A stretch of DNA of 63,898 nt, filler included, from Octopus bimaculoides (GCF_001194135.2; 11 parts of 10 records of this genome joined end to end with filler, not necessarily neighbours in it), one strand, 5' to 3'; counted from the whole stretch's first letter, positions 36,219 to 50,800 are shown. Notes: generated by a model from the sequence alone, not told the origin. Numbers and translations: made by a program.

Positions 36219-36725
36219 ATGCCTGTGAATGTGCCGCTTTTACTTTTTAGTTCATTGTTGGAGATTCGCGACCGAGGTAATCGGAAATACATCTCAGATC
36301 CCAGCCCTCTGTTAAACTTTGCTAGATTCGGAAAACTCAACAGGAGAGTAAAAATGTATAATAACAAAGTGAAATTGAAGTCATAGGCATTCAAAGAGAT
36401 CTAGCTAGAAACTATTAACGAAGTAATTCTCTACTCAGAGTTGTTTAGGGTAAGAGAAATCAGATGAAACTGCGATACAAAGATTTCGCTGTAGCTACAG
36501 CCAGAACCAGTGACACATTATGTACATTATTTACTATGCTCATATATACAATATATAGGGGGATTGAACACGGAACCATGTGATTTGCAAGCAAACTTCT
36601 TACCGCACAGCGAAAGAAAACTGTTTAAATTTTCGTATACTACTTCATTGATATCGATATTATTTTGGCTGGTTTTAGACTTCTATGAGGAACAGGGATT
36701 TTAACTGTCGCTACGAAATTGCCTA

Positions 36726-37112
<387 letters not shown>

Positions 37113-37854
37113 TTACGTAGATTGGATGATATTTATACACATGCTAGTGGATGAAGAAAACTGACTTCTGAAATCTAAGGGGAGTTAATTTCACTAGACT
37201 GAACATTTTAATTTGATTTTATAATTTCATTAAATTTATGAATAATAATATAATCACAGTCACATCGCTGACGAATATATTTGTTTCTTCAGCATTCCAA
37301 AGTAAAATATTTTTTTTATTGCTCTTAGTGGTTTTATTCAATTAATTGTTAGGCATCGTAATATTAAAAGCAAATATTTTCATGTATGGAAATCATAGAG
37401 AGATGGTTCAATTTTATTAGATGATAAAATCCATGTTTTGTTATATATTAAAGAAAATACTACACACAAAAACCAAATGGTGTTTAGTTACATCCGCTTG
37501 GATAGCGCACATATTAAATTGTGAACTCGTACACAATGAAATAAATGACTTCATTGAATGTTAGTGTCATATAGAGTGGCATTTATGTATATGAAATTGT
37601 ATAATTTTCGAGTTGCATTATACAGTATACAAATATGATCAGTAATATTCAATAATACTGAATGGCATAAGGACAATAGATTGTAGACTGAAATCTAGAT
37701 ATATTTCGGTACATAAGAACTCCCTACTCGTGTTAACAAAACATCCCTTAAGAAACCACACGCTTTATTCCAATTGTTATGTAAACGTAATAAAATGTCA
37801 ACAGAAAAATATACGCATGCAAAAGTAGTAAGACATACTGAAATGTGTACGTAC

Positions 37855-38067
37855 GTGTCGCGTGAGTTCTCCCATCATACCGTTCCAAGTACCATTGACG
37901 GTAAGGGCTCCATAGTGACCGTCTTCTACAATTTTGATGATGTAATCCATGGGGAACTGATCTGCTATTTTGGCTGCTAGATCTACGACGTAGCCTTCGA
38001 AACGAGCGTTTCCGACTAACGGCTCACCGGCTTCGTGTCGGACTTTATACATCAAGAATGGAGGCAC
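37855..38067 (-). CDS. Ionotropic glutamate receptor (AMPA/kainate-type), S1 ligand-binding-domain exon A (71 aa, phase 0/0)
   Basis: Encodes VPPFLMYKVRHEAGEPLVGNARFEGYVVDLAAKIADQFPMDYIIKIVEDGHYGALTVNGTWNGMMGELTRH, matching the GluA S1 motifs RYEGYCVDLAAEIA, DGKYG and WNGMVGEL. Acceptor ttgtcag|GTG, donor CAC|gtacgt; 213 nt. Confidence 0.95.
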
Positions 38068-38247
38068 CTGACAACGAGAGAATTCAGAATCAAACATTAT
38101 ATCTACATGCATATATGCAAATGTAGGAAAAACGATGACGAAGAGCACAATATAGATAGTAAAAAAAATCAATAAGTACTCAATTCGAATGTGTGGTACC
38201 AAAACTCCGATACGATAAGGACAGGGTTGTATGATCTGTCTAGATAA

Positions 38248-38315
<68 letters not shown>

Positions 38316-38965
38316 NNNNNNNNNNNNNNNNNNNNNNNNNNNNNNNNNNNNNNNNNNNNNNNNNNNNNNNNNNNNNNNNNNNNNNNNNNNNNNNNNNNNN
38401 NNNNNNNNNNNNNNNNNNNNNNNNNNNNNNNNNNNNNNNNNNNNNNNNNNNNNNNNNNNNNNNNNNNNNNNNNNNNNNNNNNNNNNNNNNNNNNNNNNNN
38501 NNNNNNNNNNNNNNNNNNNNNNNNNNNNNNNNNNNNNNNNNNNNNNNNNNNNNNNNNNNNNNNNNNNNNNNNNNNNNNNNNNNNNNNNNNNNNNNNNNNN
38601 NNNNNNNNNNNNNNNNNNNNNNNNNNNNNNNNNNNNNNNNNNNNNNNNNNNNNNNNNNNNNNNNNNNNNNNNNNNNNNNNNNNNNNNNNNNNNNNNNNNN
38701 NNNNNNNNNNNNNNNNNNNNNNNNNNNNNNNNNNNNNNNNNNNNNNNNNNNNNNNNNNNNNNNNNNNNNNNNNNNNNNNNNNNNNNNNNNNNNNNNNNNN
38801 NNNNNNNNNNNNNNNNNNNNNNNNNNNNNNNNNNNNNNNNNNNNNNNNNNNNNNNNNNNNNNNNNNNNNNNNNNNNNNNNNNNNNNNNNNNNNNNNNNNN
38901 NNNNNNNNNNNNNNNNNNNNNNNNNNNNNNNNNNNNNNNNNNNNNNNNNNNNNNNNNNNNNNNNN

Positions 38966-39035
<70 letters not shown>

Positions 39036-42000
39036 GTGTGCTTGTACGTATGTATTTATGAATATATGTTGGTATGTGTTTATGAATATAAACATATTTA
39101 CGTATATCAAAGTTTATTATAATAAATCCAATTTATGTCTTTTTGTATGTGAAAATTTAGTATGGCGGAAAGTTTTAGTCAATTGAATCGCCAGACTCTG
39201 TTAATAACCCATTCCAACCCATTGCTCAGCTCTATAATCTAATTATCTAAGCATATCAAAGTGGTTTGCATTCGTTTAATCTACTATATTATTTGAAACT
39301 GTTTTTGAAACCGGTAAATTGTTGGTTCATATTTGTAATGTGTGATAAAACAATATTATTTAAAGCTGAATTAAGAGAGCTGCAAAGACATTTCTTGTAT
39401 AAATACTATTTCAAATAACTTGATGAAAACGGTAGCTTCATATAAGTGAAGTACTGAGGTCGATTTAATGGACTAGCTCCTTTCCACCAAATGTGCTGGC
39501 CTCGTGCCAAAACTCGAAACCATTCAATGGCGAGCCGAGGTAAACTGCAGTACCTACACTTCGGTCAAAATTGGAAACCATATAACATTGTTCTTCCAAT
39601 TTCGTTTATATGCACGATGCCACAAGAATATCGGCCAGACAAAAATGTTTCTGATGTGCCAATGTAGGATAGGATAGATGTGTTCAATACACATACGCAA
39701 ATTGACTGAGCCGTTTAGAGTATTGGAAAGGATTCTTCACAGTATCTCTTCCAATTCCCTGAGCTCTAATTTCTGTTCCAGCCCTTGATTGTTACACCTT
39801 TTTCTTTTTCCATAGAAGTTTACAATTTTATTATTCACCTGTCATTTAATAAGACGGTCTCTCCCCACTCTCTCATTCTTTCTACGTATCTGCATCGTCG
39901 ACGGGTCCCAGAAAGGAGTGTTTATTTCGTGGCATCACCAACTCTTCCACCGTTGCAGAACTGGTTCTCCGGAAGTAAACTTTCATTTTATTTTATTTAT
40001 TTTATATTATTTTTAGTTTAAAGTTGTTCTTGCATCTTAGAATCATCATTCCTGATGAACTGGATTCCTCGCTTCCTCATGAACTGATCCGGAATTTATA
40101 AGCATTGACAAACATGTATATAGGATATGTAAAGTCGAATATATTTACTTTTCTATATAACTAATACTTATATTATTAACTCTGTAGAAATAAAGATTAG
40201 AGATTCCATGAAGTTTTCGAAATTTGTAGACAGAAAACATAACTAAAAGTAAAGAGTTGTTGCTTAATCCCATGTCAATTCTAAAAGAGTGAATCTATGA
40301 TTAAAATTCATTCTAGCTGTGACCTTTCTATCTGTTATTTCGGTCAGCGCATTTAGGTTATATAATTCAATGTGTCATTTTCTTGTTTCAAAAAGTCAAA
40401 GTACGGATTTAAGGAAATTTTTGGCTGCTATTTTTAGCATGGTGAATGACTACGAAAAATCTCTGATGTTAGTAAGTTTTTAATACGACTTACTATCCTT
40501 TCTTCTATACATTAATTTATAATGCTGTAGAGTATGCTATTATACCACTGTATAATTCTATATAGTTCTATATAGCATCTTATATAAGTCTATATAACTT
40601 TGTATTTACGAATTATGTGTTGTATGTTATGTATATATCCACAATGATTAAGTGATGCGATTGTGGATAAAGATGTCTGAGTATGTAGACAGAAATATTG
40701 CTAGAGTTACTAGTTCTATGCTCGCTCCAGTCTTCCTCTTCCTTTCGTTGTTCGACTTTAAGAAGAAGAAGCTAAAAGCTAAGTAACATGGTTATTATTC
40801 GTTAAATAAAAATAAAACATCATCGAAATTCATTCTTATCATTCATTTGTGGTCCATTATGACTAGAAGGTTGTCATTTCTGTACAGAAACATAAAAATA
40901 ATCAGCAAATGTACAAAGACAAATTTCAGAATGTAAAAAAAAAAGAGAAGAAGAAAACTATTTTCTTCTCGCTACTCTATTATGGCAGCGATTTAGGTTA
41001 ATCTGAGCTCTTCTCTACTTGCATTCTTTCTTCAGATTTTATTCCCAACGTTGCTGTCTTCCCACGCCCATAAACCTCAAGACACTGACCTGAGTAAACT
41101 TTCGATTGGTGATCAAATGCTTAATGGAAGGAGGTATTCTTTATTGTTTTCGATTTTTTTTTCTTCTACTTTTTAATCATAGAGGGAATGAAAAATACAA
41201 AATGTATATGAAAAAAAAAGTTTAAAATAATGTAAAGAAAGTAAATAAATTAATGAGCAGAAGACAAAAGCTATAGTTTTGTTAGACCCATTTTTAGACA
41301 ATGTGTTAGAACTGCTGCTCTATATCCACTTAAAATATGAGAATTGATTGTTCTAAATATAAATTTATAGCCAACGCTGAAAGAGACAGTACATTTCTAC
41401 AGACTCCTCATGCATGGGTTCAATTGATTGGTTAAATCATCGTGTAGAGCGAGAGATCGATCGACTGTAGTTGTTGAAATGTATTCAAGTTGAACAGTCA
41501 AATCACTAAAGTCAATCCAAAATCGATAAATCATACTTGCAGAAGCATATGCAAGGGATGGGTAGGTGAGCGTGAACGTTCATGCAGACAGTGTGCGAAG
41601 ATACGGCTTCGCTTACTTTATTGACTCTGTACTAACTATATCTAGATTCCAGGCTAAATATTTTAGTATTGATCGATATAAGCATATGCTGGATATGGAA
41701 ATAGCTATTATCTCCCTTTACATTTCTAACATTCCTGAATTATTGTGTATGTCGGGTTATTTCCCTTTAAAACAAACTATCACTTTAGTTCTAAATTATA
41801 TCAAACTGTAATGGATTTCTCGTTCATTTATAATAATTCCTTTAGATTTTTCCAGTCTCCAATATCTTCACATTTTCTCTTAATGTATGGATGTTTTCAA
41901 TTCTATTTAGCAAATATTGTATATATAATGAATATTTTCATAGACAGGAACAAGTTGCAGGGTTTTGAAAAGAGGAAATGCAAACATTTTCATATCCGTT

Positions 42001-42521
42001 TCATTTACCATCAACGCTACCATCACTAACACCATCACCACCGCAACCACCACCACAGCCGCTACCACCAACACTACCACCACCAACAGAAACAACACGT
42101 TATCTGACGTTAGTTGTGTAAACGACATGAAGTAGATCCAACACAGTATTGATGTGAGCAATAGGGAGGACATGAATACGATTAAAGTTTATATCAGCAG
42201 TAAATTCAATAAATACATACATATATGTATATAAATATATGTGCATATAGATTTATGTATGTGTATCTACATATATTATATATGTGTGTGTGTGGTGTAT
42301 ATATGTATATATATATATAGAGAGAGAGAGATGCTTACGCAATCACACACGCACACACACGCATATAAAATAAATTTATTTCTAATTTCACATGCCCATA
42401 CTCGATATGATTGTCATTACATATATAATAATTAATCTCTTATTTTTGTGATGTTAATACACAATTTCGTGTATTAATCACCAACGTACGTTTATTCTAC
42501 ACCTCGTTCAATTAGATAAGA

Positions 42522-43273
42522 AACAGGTAGGTAGGTAGGTAGGTAGGTAGGTCGGTAGGTAGGTAGGTAGGTAGGTCGGTAGGTCGGTAGGTAGGTAGGT
42601 AGGTAGGTAGGTCGGCAGGTAGGTAGGTCGGTAGGTAGGTAGGTAGGTAGGTAGGTAGGTAGGTAGGTCGGTAGGTAGGTCGGTAGGTAGGTCTGTAGGT
42701 AGGNNNNNNNNNNNNNNNNNNNNNNNNNNNNNNNNNNNNNNNNNNNNNNNNNNNNNNNNNNNNNNNNNNNNNNNNNNNNNNNNNNNNNNNNNNNNNNNNN
42801 NNNNNNNNNNNNNNNNNNNNNNNNNNNNNNNNNNNNNNNNNNNNNNNNNNNNNNNNNNNNNNNNNNNNNNNNNNNNNNNNNNNNNNNNNNNNNNNNNNNN
42901 NNNNNNNNNNNNNNNNNNNNNNNNNNNNNNNNNNNNNNNNNNNNNNNNNNNNNNNNNNNNNNNNNNNNNNNNNNNNNNNNNNNNNNNNNNNNNNNNNNNN
43001 NNNNNNNNNNNNNNNNNNNNNNNNNNNNNNNNNNNNNNNNNNNNNNNNNNNNNNNNNNNNNNNNNNNNNNNNNNNNNNNNNNNNNNNCAGGTAGGTAGGT
43101 AGGTAGGTAGGTAGGTCGGTAGGTAGGTAGGTAGGTAGGTCGGTAGGTCGGTAGGTAGGTAGGTAGGTAGGTAGGTCGGCAGGTAGGTAGGTCGGTAGGT
43201 AGGTAGGTAGGTAGGTAGGTAGGTAGGTCGGTAGGTAGGTAGGTAGGTAGGTAGGTAGGTAGGTAGGTAGGTA
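42522..43273. repeat. (GGTA)n tetranucleotide satellite spanning a gap
   Basis: Direct inspection, with interspersed GGTC variants. Confidence 0.95.
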
Positions 43274-43787
43274 TATTGTCTTGGGTATGGAAGTTAACTA
43301 GAGAAGCACCAGCTCTGGAGTTGTGGGGAGCGTTGTGTAACCACTTAATTGCCCACAGGTCCGGACTGACTTCCAAAGGCACTGCTTGTCGGAGTCCTAT
43401 CTGTAAGATAAATAGAATTCTTAGAAGTAGATGCGGCTCCCGTTGTTCTTGGAAAAGCCATGGAGAAAGCAGCACTTTTAAGAGAAAGATACTATGACAC
43501 GGGCCAGTCATCTTGCAATTCTTATCATTGGAACCTACAAGATAACTGAGAGAGGGACAAAAGGGTTGTTCAGCCTTTTGTCGCTTATATCTAACGACGT
43601 GTAGATGTTCAGCCTCGTTTCATCCTTTGATCTGTTTTGCATTTTCTAAAGTTCTTTGGCGATGGATGCGTGGCGAAAAGTCATATCTGCTTACTTGCAA
43701 GTATGAAAGTAAGTCAGAACAATGAACCTGAATAAGAGGTTATGATCTGCCATGATATGCCACTCATCATGTACACACATACACACA

Positions 43788-43820
<33 letters not shown>

Positions 43821-45039
43821 GTATGTATGTATGTATGTATGTATGCATGTATGTATGTATATGCATACACACACATACACTCACTCACGATATTTATAGA
43901 TACAGTTACGAATATATATATTTATAAATGGAGTTATAGATATGGTGCTTCTTTCATTCCTTTAATGTGTATATGTAGATATACAAACAAACACTACATC
44001 CATAACTCCCTTCCGTAACCTGATCAGGAAGAGGTCACTGGAAATCAATGTGCTGGTCATATATCTGATGCGGTCTACTGTGCTGCGTGTGCGCGTGTAT
44101 AAGCGTCTCTATCACAAGACAAATATGCCAGCCACTAACACTTGGTCACACATAATCCTTCTATGGGGTCAGGAATTGATCAAATCTGGAATATTTTCTG
44201 TCATTACAAAGGAAGATTAATTTTGATATTCAGATTTTGAAATTTATATAGGTGAGAGATCAGCATCAGACTCTAGAATGTCACATTTGGAAACGAATTT
44301 AGGAGTTGGGTGTAATTTGCGTAGGAGTTCTGGTATGTATGTATGTATGTATGTATGTATGTATGCATGTTATCAATCAGTTTCATTTCTGTATTTCTTG
44401 TCCATAGAGAAAGAGCCGGACTCTAACATAGATTCAAGGTTCCTTCATTGGAACTTTTATCAACATCATCTAGGTATTTGTGCATATGTTTGTGTGTGTG
44501 TGCAGTATTTGGTGTTAGTGTATGCGCAGATTTGTTTGTTTGTTTTATAGATGCGTTTTTATGTATATATTTTCATGTCTAGATGCATGCATATGTATTT
44601 ATGTGCTAAAGTTTTGGAAAGTTTTACATATCTTTACAGTTCCATTGATGGCTTGAATCTGTAGTCTTCTAATCAGCCTTTTTTCCTTCAGCTTCTGAGA
44701 ACCCTAATTTTTCCAGGTTTTTGTTGAGGCAATGTATGTATGTATGTATGTATGTATGTATGTATGCATGTACACATGTATGTATGTCTCTGTTTGTTTG
44801 AGCGTGTGCACGCGCGTGTGTATATCTTTATGTGGGTGCCTGTGTATGATTAAATGTAACACGAAGGCGACCATTTCATTACAAAAAGAATGTTGTGAGA
44901 AAACAAAACATTAGGGCCAACAAGTGTTCATAGACGTTGGTACCAATGAGCATTTCATAGCAGATTGTAGTATCTGACAGGAAAGTTAGTCATTGGATGG
45001 AGCCCATAACCGGATAACTCAGCTGTAAGACTCCCCAGT

Positions 45040-45400
45040 TCATCTTTGTTCAAGGATAAAAACATCATCTTCGGAGTAATTTAGATTGATGTACAACTAG
45101 TGTAGAATCCATACAAGTAATCAGTGAAGGAGGTGAAAGATCCAAGGTGATGACCAATTTTGAAATGCTGCTATTGGGGGTTAGATGTCCTTAGGTTGCC
45201 ATTCTTGAAAATGGGTCCAATTGCCCGTATATTTATATGTTTATTCGTTTAGAAAAAACAACGGACTAAATATCATCTGTGAAGAGAGAACTTTGCACTC
45301 GTAAGCATTTAAACGTCCCACTGTCTGTCTGATGTTTAAGATTGTTGTGAAAACATACTACGATGATATTTCTGATTTGGGAATTATGTGCCTTTGATAG
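45040..45400 (+). mobile_element. Very degraded Penelope-like RT fragment (tentative)
   Basis: Faint matches to the DV..LY..IP, GVAMG.KMGP.YA and Y.DDI motifs (gttgccattcttgaaaatgggtccaattgc; tacgatgatatt). Confidence 0.3.
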
Positions 45401-45494
45401 CGAGGCACGTCACAAAAGGAAGGGTTACAAAGTTTCGTTGAAGAGTGCATTGCTAGCGTTTCAGAGGTGCTAATATATATATATATATATATAT

Positions 45495-46120
45495 AGTGGC
45501 TGTGTGGTAAGTAGCTTACATACCAACCACATGGTCCCGGGTTCAGTGCCACTGCGTCGCACCTTAGGCAAGTGTCTTCTACTATAGCTTCGGGCCGATC
45601 AAAGCCTTGTGAGTGGATTTGGTAGACGGAAACCGAAAGAAGCCTGTTGTATATATGTATATGTGTATATATGTATATATACACCCAAATTGTGGTGAGC
45701 TGGCAGAAACATTACCACGCTGAGAGAAATGCTTAACGGTATTTCGTCTGCCGCTACGTTCTGTGTTCAAATTCCGCCGAGGTCAACATTGCTTTTCATC
45801 CTTCGGAATTGATAAACTAAGCACCAGTTGCGTCCTGTGGTTGATCTAATCGACTTCCCCCTCCTCCTCCCCAAATTTCAGGCCTTGTGCCTGGAGTAGA
45901 AAAGAATATATATACAGCCAAAGGCGTCGAGGAAGGCTGAATCATTAGCACGCTGGGCAAAATGCTTAGCTGCATTTCGTCTGTTTTTAACTTCTGAGTT
46001 CAAATTTCACCGAGGTCTACTTTACCTTTCATCCTTTCGGGGTCGATAAAATAACAACTAAGGTCGATGTAATTGACTTCCCCCTGCCCAAACTTGCTGG
46101 CTCTTTACCAAAATCTGAAA
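45495..46120 (+). mobile_element. SINE cluster: partial family B (45495-45660) plus two family C copies (45690-45905, 45930-46120)
   Basis: Matches to the family B head and family C cores described above. Confidence 0.8.
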
Positions 46121-47010
46121 CTAATATTTATAGAGCCAGTCATGTTTGGGTGGAGAATTACAGATAGAAGTTTTCTGCAGAATGAATACAGTCCGTCTTA
46201 GCACGAAAATAGGCATTCCAGTCGTGACTATGATAAAATCTCTAGCAATATGCAAATGTATCTTTCACTGGTCTTTTGATCGTTTTGTGTAAATCTGTCT
46301 GAGGTAGTGATTAAGCGCAATGCAATTTGAGATGATCTGCGACTTTTTCCTGGTGATTTGAGCAGTTTGTTTCAGCAGACTATGAAACTGCTGATGCAAG
46401 TGATGCTTTGAGGGTCATAGGATTCGGCATGTGTGAGACTCTGGAGACAAGTAGATTTGTTGCCAAATGTAGTCTGATTAGAAATGACGCAGCTACGTCC
46501 AAGTAATTGATTTGAGGTTTGAGAGCAGTGAGAAGATTCTGCTTGTTGCGTGAGGTAATATATAATGTGTGTTGGTAAACATGTTGCTAGATGGATGTAA
46601 TCAAAACGTCCCATGTTTGCACAGACAATAAAAGGATGAACATGGAAATTGATCATTAAACGGTCTGATAAGTGTGCTGAGAAAAAGATGAAAGGTGTGG
46701 CGTGTCCTATTTAATTGCTAGTGCTCTATGGACACTAAATAAGCAGAACCAAAAGTTGTATAAGTTAGAATGGATTGAGAGGATGCATCCTAACATTTAC
46801 AAGGAAATTTAATGTTTGTAAATGCAGACTTGCTTCTAATTTGGCTTTCATCTTGGATATAATCAGGAATATTTCTGTTCTGAGTGCCATTTTCCAAATG
46901 AATAGCATCGAATAGTTATTACATATTTTCACATTCCAAAGATTAAACAGATCTTTAAACTGTTTTACTCTGTGAAATATGCCGGAAATTCATAAAATGT
47001 GACACGGTAA

Positions 47011-47311
47011 ATGCGCATAGTTTAGTGGTCAGCGTATTCGGCTTACGATTTTACGCTCGTGATTTCGTTTCCCCATAATGCGGTGTGTCCTTGAGCAAGA
47101 CACTTTATTTCATGTTGCTTCAGTCCATTCAGCTGGTAAAAATGAGTTGCACCTGTAATTCATAGGGTCAGCCTAATCACATTCTATGTCACACTGAATC
47201 TTGCCGAGAACTACGTTAAGGGCACGCGTGTCTGTGAATGTTAATTTGACGAGTGAACTGATCCGTTGATCGGATCAACTGGAATACTGGTCAACGTAAC
47301 CGATGGAGTAC
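47011..47311 (+). mobile_element. Older SINE sharing the family A 3' half, with a CORE/Meta-type central segment
   Basis: gtgtccttgagcaagacacttt central motif, then gagaactacgttaagggcacgcgtgtctgtg...ccgttgatcggatcaactggaa as in family A. Confidence 0.65.
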
Positions 47312-50300
47312 TACTTGTGAAACAGGTTGTAATTCAACACATTCGAAAAGTGCGATTCTTTGACTTTTATATAGTTGAGAACTACAATAAATAGGCAGTG
47401 GTGTTGGTTTGTTCTCCTGAGTTTTGTATTGTTTTCTATCTTTTAGTGATCTTCTTTGATTTTGAAAGAAAGACCATTTTTAAATAGCTCATTTCTCTGT
47501 TAAGATGCTAACTTACTGAGACTTTGTCAGTGATAACACGCAAATACGTGGATGCAAGTCGAAATAATTTATTGTATTTCATTTCGTAACTAAACAGCCT
47601 GATTTCAAACTCGAACAGGGCAACTGGAATCGATGACACATCGATTAAATACTCTAGTTCTATGCTGACTAAATGTGAAAGTTCCCTAATGTTTAAAATT
47701 GCAAAATGTTTAAAATGGACTTCATTATGTTTTCTCTTGCCATCAAAACACGGATTAGTGATTATAACAATATAGGATACTTTAATTATAAACTGAAATT
47801 TAATGCAAAGGATTCTACGTTCGTCGGATAAAATAGCAATAAAATAATTTTTCTCCAATAAAATATCTATAAAATAATCAACTACTCAGAAAGATAGAAT
47901 TATTTCTGTACACCTCTTAAGACGTTAAGTAAAACACAGTAAAATACTTAAGATATTAAGTAAAATATTATGCATTATGATTTTATATAATGGAATAGTA
48001 AAAGTATATATATATATATATATATGCTTTCGGACAAAAATACATCCATTTATGTATGCGTTTGTTTGTGTATACATACTTAGATACATAAATAAGATGC
48101 ATACAGACAAAATACATCCATATATACGTGTGTTTAGGCGTATATCTGTGTTTGTATGTGTTTATGTATGTATGAATCTATGTATTTTAAAAGTTCTATT
48201 GCACAATGAAAATGGAAAAGCAATATTCATATGGATTATTCTAGCTTCACTCTCATTTGTATTGTGTTTCATAAACAGTTCTTCGCTGGAAAAATTATCG
48301 ATACAAACAATAATTTCTTTTGTTCCGTGAGGTGTATTTTAAGATGAAATATTGAAATGAGGAATTTTTTCAGGGATACCTTCAGCATGAAGAATAAATA
48401 GTCAAGTGAAGATAAAATACTTAATATTGTGAACGTACAACCCACGAAAAAATTCCAATCAATCAGCGAGTAATCATGTGAAAATGAGTAATCAAGTGAA
48501 AACATTTTATCATTAATTCTTGTCAAGAAAGTTAGGGGAGAAAACTTTGAAATGCAAATTGCTTAAGCATTATGCAGTGGGGTTTGGCAATGGGTATAAT
48601 GTATTACACAGCTTCCCTCTTCCAGTCTGTTGCAAACTTACAACCTCAACCTGTTAATATTGCACGAAATCACATGTAGAATAATGGAAATATGGGAGTT
48701 CTTAATATTATATTTGCGTTGCAAACATTAAGCTGAAGAACTGTATAGCATTAACACGCCAGTTAATATTCTATAACTTCCCACTTCTCTTCCCTAGAAT
48801 ACTGAAGTATGAATTCAGAAGACAATATGTTTTATCCTATTCTCACAATATAATTGTTGTAATAGTAATATCAACAGTAGAAAGAAAAATAGTCATAAAT
48901 ATGGCGGCATGCATGACTCAGTAGGCAAGATTTATGCTTCATAAGTCCATGATTTCTGTTTCAATGTCAGTGAGCGATCTTTTACGCTGGTATGTATTAC
49001 AATAGCCTAGGATCGAGATAAGCCAGATGAGCAGAATTTGATAAACAGAAAATAAATGGAAGCCTTTCTGAAGAAGCTTGCTCGATTTTCTGTGTTAAAC
49101 ATTATCTGATACCCAGTCTTAACGCCTTCAGCGAACGTTTGGGTACCTTTACCTTTTACGGCTCTTTTGAATAGGTCACATGCTGGAGGATAACTTCTCT
49201 TTCTCCGATAATTTATGGGTGACCTGAAGAGAAATATGTGTGTTACCCTTCCGTTACAAATCTGACAAAAATATTAAGGAGAATGTTAGATAGAAAGCCT
49301 GCTTTGCTTTACTGAAGGTTTGTCACTGTTCAACATTTAATCATAGTGGGTACCTTTCGCTTTGAACTAACGATCTGTAATCTCTTGACAATTATTTTAT
49401 CTGCATAAGGTTTTATGTTTATGATAACATAAATCTCTTAATGTTAAGTTATTTTAGAAAAAAAACAGTAGAAATGCTTAGATACAAATCATCATCAAAC
49501 GAAATGCTAAAAAAGATTTTATATTATATTAATGAAATATCAAGAGCACATTAAGAACTATAAAGAGTCAAACTTTAAAGAATGTGAAGATTAAACGCAT
49601 TATTTCTTTTTTTATAATTGTAGATTTAAAACTAATGTAGGTTAAGTTGGAAACATTTATGCCATTTTATTCAGCGCATTTATTGTGTAATCTCATTTTT
49701 TTCTTTATTACATTTTCACATTGAAGAAGAGTACTTTCCATCAAGATTTATAATGTACTTTGTAAGTGAAGGTGTAATCTATACTGGAACTATCTTGTTT
49801 ACTTTTTCAATCCATCCTTGATTTGTAAGGTTTTTTTATCTGCATATGGGGAAGAATTTATGCTAGTTTCCCGGAAATATGATGCAGGCAAACACTTGCT
49901 CTAATGTATCTGTACTTCATTTCTCTCCCGTTACAGGCTAATGCTTGCTTGAAACGCGCTCTTTTCAGATGTTAGTACCAAGACATTGCTCACTGAGGAC
50001 ATTCCCTTCTGGTTCCTTGTCCTAGACAAAGCAACATCATTTTTAGATTATCTCTATCATTATCTGTTTGGTTTTCATTGGAGAAAGCCTTGCGGAAAAA
50101 CTATATCACTTTCTCAATAGTGGAAATAAATAATATGGGATACTAACGGCCACTGCATATTTTTCACTGAGGCAGGATGTAATGCACAATACGGTTCAGA
50201 GAAAGCATGAGAATTGTTGCTGTGTCTACTATTTCACATAATATTGAGTCATTGCTGTTGAGGGAAACGATTTTGGTTTCATTTTGGAATGAATCCAGAT

Positions 50301-50569
50301 TTCAGCTTCTAGGTTTTCAGTAATAACGCGGTAGAAATTGTATCGAAGTATTACTATAACGTCTGTCCTTAAGGAGTGAATCACACTAACGTATTAAATA
50401 TTAAATATCATACAGTTGTACCTGAAACGAGTACCTACCCGCTCAAGATTGCGTTGTCTTAATTGTGTACCATTTCATACATTGAATCTTTCATCTCCGG
50501 AAGTTATATATCTTTTGCTTCTTGATATTCTAATTTCATAAGCATCGTCGCAAATTATGAAATTAAGCC

Positions 50570-50800
50570 GTTCTTATTATCTACATATGGGGAAATGTAT
50601 GCCATTTTCTTGGAACTTTAATACTGCCAACCACTTGCTATCATGTACCAGTTCTTCATTTCCCTCCTGTAACATCTCTGGTTTTCAGTGTATGCTGCTG
50701 GCGTGGAATAATACTTGAACCTGCTTCTCTTTTCAAATCTTGCTGAATCAATGATGATAAACCTTTCTCGAAATATTGATCAAAGGCATTTCCAAGACAG
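50570..50800 (-). mobile_element. Degraded R4-like LINE fragment (tentative)
   Basis: DLKREAGSSIIPRQQHTLKTR resembles the R4 LK.ETE..I.A.Q.Q.L.T motif. Confidence 0.3.

Noticed and set aside
38169-39186. Long ORFs spanning N gaps (also 25800-26533, 27886-28525, 54464-55528, 59020-59649)
   Set aside because: Their length is an artefact of N codons lacking stops.
42492-43511. 339-aa PTYL-repeat ORF
   Set aside because: It is a (GGTA)n satellite plus an N-run.
46372-46656. 94-aa minus ORF as a receptor ATD exon
   Set aside because: No recognisable iGluR motif or convincing splice pair; more likely decayed repeat sequence.
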